Source: a virus (Duplodnaviria; Caudoviricetes). Taken from it: 24,363 bases of DNA. This document shows, piece by piece, positions 24,001-24,363 of this stretch; position 1 is the stretch's first letter; every line of letters starts with the position of its first letter. Made by a program: the position numbers and the translations under genes. The notes beneath the pieces are model-generated. The model was not told where the DNA came from, did not search any database, and saw only the letters and a list, made by a program, of their open reading frames with translations. The stretch lies in the IMG/VR virus record IMGVR_UViG_3300044878_000092, positions 1 through 24,363 of that record; one strand, given 5' to 3'.

Positions 24001-24029
24001 TTGAAGACTCCGCAACCGTTAGTTACCAT
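24001..24029 (+). promoter_or_regulatory. pR-like promoter with operator (24011-24027)
   Basis: TTGAAG-17 bp-TACCAT; operator CGCAACCGTTAGTTACC, identical to the pL operator at 14 of 17 positions. Confidence 0.72.
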
Positions 24030-24057
24030 GGGACATCAACCAGCGTGGGAGTCGTTC

Positions 24058-24261
24058 ATGCAAGGTGTTCCGCTAAAGCAGTTGGTTGCAGAGCTTGGCC
24101 CGGCCAAGGTAGGGAAAATGCTCGGCGTTAGCCACCAGGGAATAACGAAGGCGGTAGAGGCAGGACGGGAAATTCTCGTCACCGTGCTACCGGACGGAAA
24201 GGCAAAAGGGACCGAGCTTAGCGACTTCCCGAAAGCAAAGAAGAAAGCAGCACCAGACTGA
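24058..24261 (+). CDS. cro: Cro-family repressor
   Basis: GGGAG RBS; MQGVPLKQLVAELGPAKVGKMLGVSHQGITKAVEAGREILVTVLPDG...ELSDFP follows the lambda Cro pattern (HTH, GR.I, DG, FP). Confidence 0.85.
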   Translation: MQGVPLKQLVAELGPAKVGKMLGVSHQGITKAVEAGREILVTVLPDGKAKGTELSDFPKAKKKAAPD

Positions 24262-24285
24262 TAAACGTAAAACAAAGGGGCTTAT

Positions 24286-24363
24286 ATGGCATACGTACCA
24301 GAAGAACTGATGCACGAAAGGCAGATCAAGGTCCGACTCGTCGATAGCGAGTACAAAGAGTGG
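24286..24363 (+). CDS. Gene after cro (cII position), 3' end beyond the window; possible ribbon-helix-helix protein
   Basis: AAGGGG RBS; MAYVPEELMHERQIKVRLVDSEYKEW..., IKVRL...EY is RHH-like. Confidence 0.55.
   Translation, partial: MAYVPEELMHERQIKVRLVDSEYKEW

Noticed and set aside
1-24363. CRISPR array, rRNA genes or IS elements
   Set aside because: No regularly spaced repeats, rRNA-like sequence or transposase ORFs were seen.

Overview
Contiguous segment of a lambda-like (long-tailed, temperate-type) phage, most likely of Pseudomonas (inferred from Aca1, the integrase type and the tail module). The + strand carries the 3' part of the tape-measure gene, the tail tip/hub genes, an 898-aa tailspike, a small post-spike gene broken by an in-frame TAA, and a GH19 endolysin. 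A convergent acyltransferase-3 (probable O-antigen acetylase) and an attP-like dyad follow. Next is a long leftward early operon (Ea22-like gene, an acr-aca1-type cassette, HNH-AP2 endonuclease, tyrosine integrase, DNA methyltransferase, Rha, ExoX-like exonuclease, SSB, AAA ATPase and many small genes), then the pL/pR switch, cro and the start of the next gene. Late and early arms are joined across the att-like site, so this looks like a free or excised genome rather than an integrated prophage edge. Highlights: (1) aca1 with its strong promoter and operator, preceded by a 59-aa gene I cannot match to any known anti-CRISPR; (2) an HNH-AP2 endonuclease cassette sitting at the integrase catalytic-tyrosine motif, which supplies a replacement integrase C-terminus and leaves a second, orphaned C-terminus downstream; (3) pL and pR lie back to back about 70 bp apart with no cI gene between them. 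All family assignments come from motif recognition by eye; no database searches were run.
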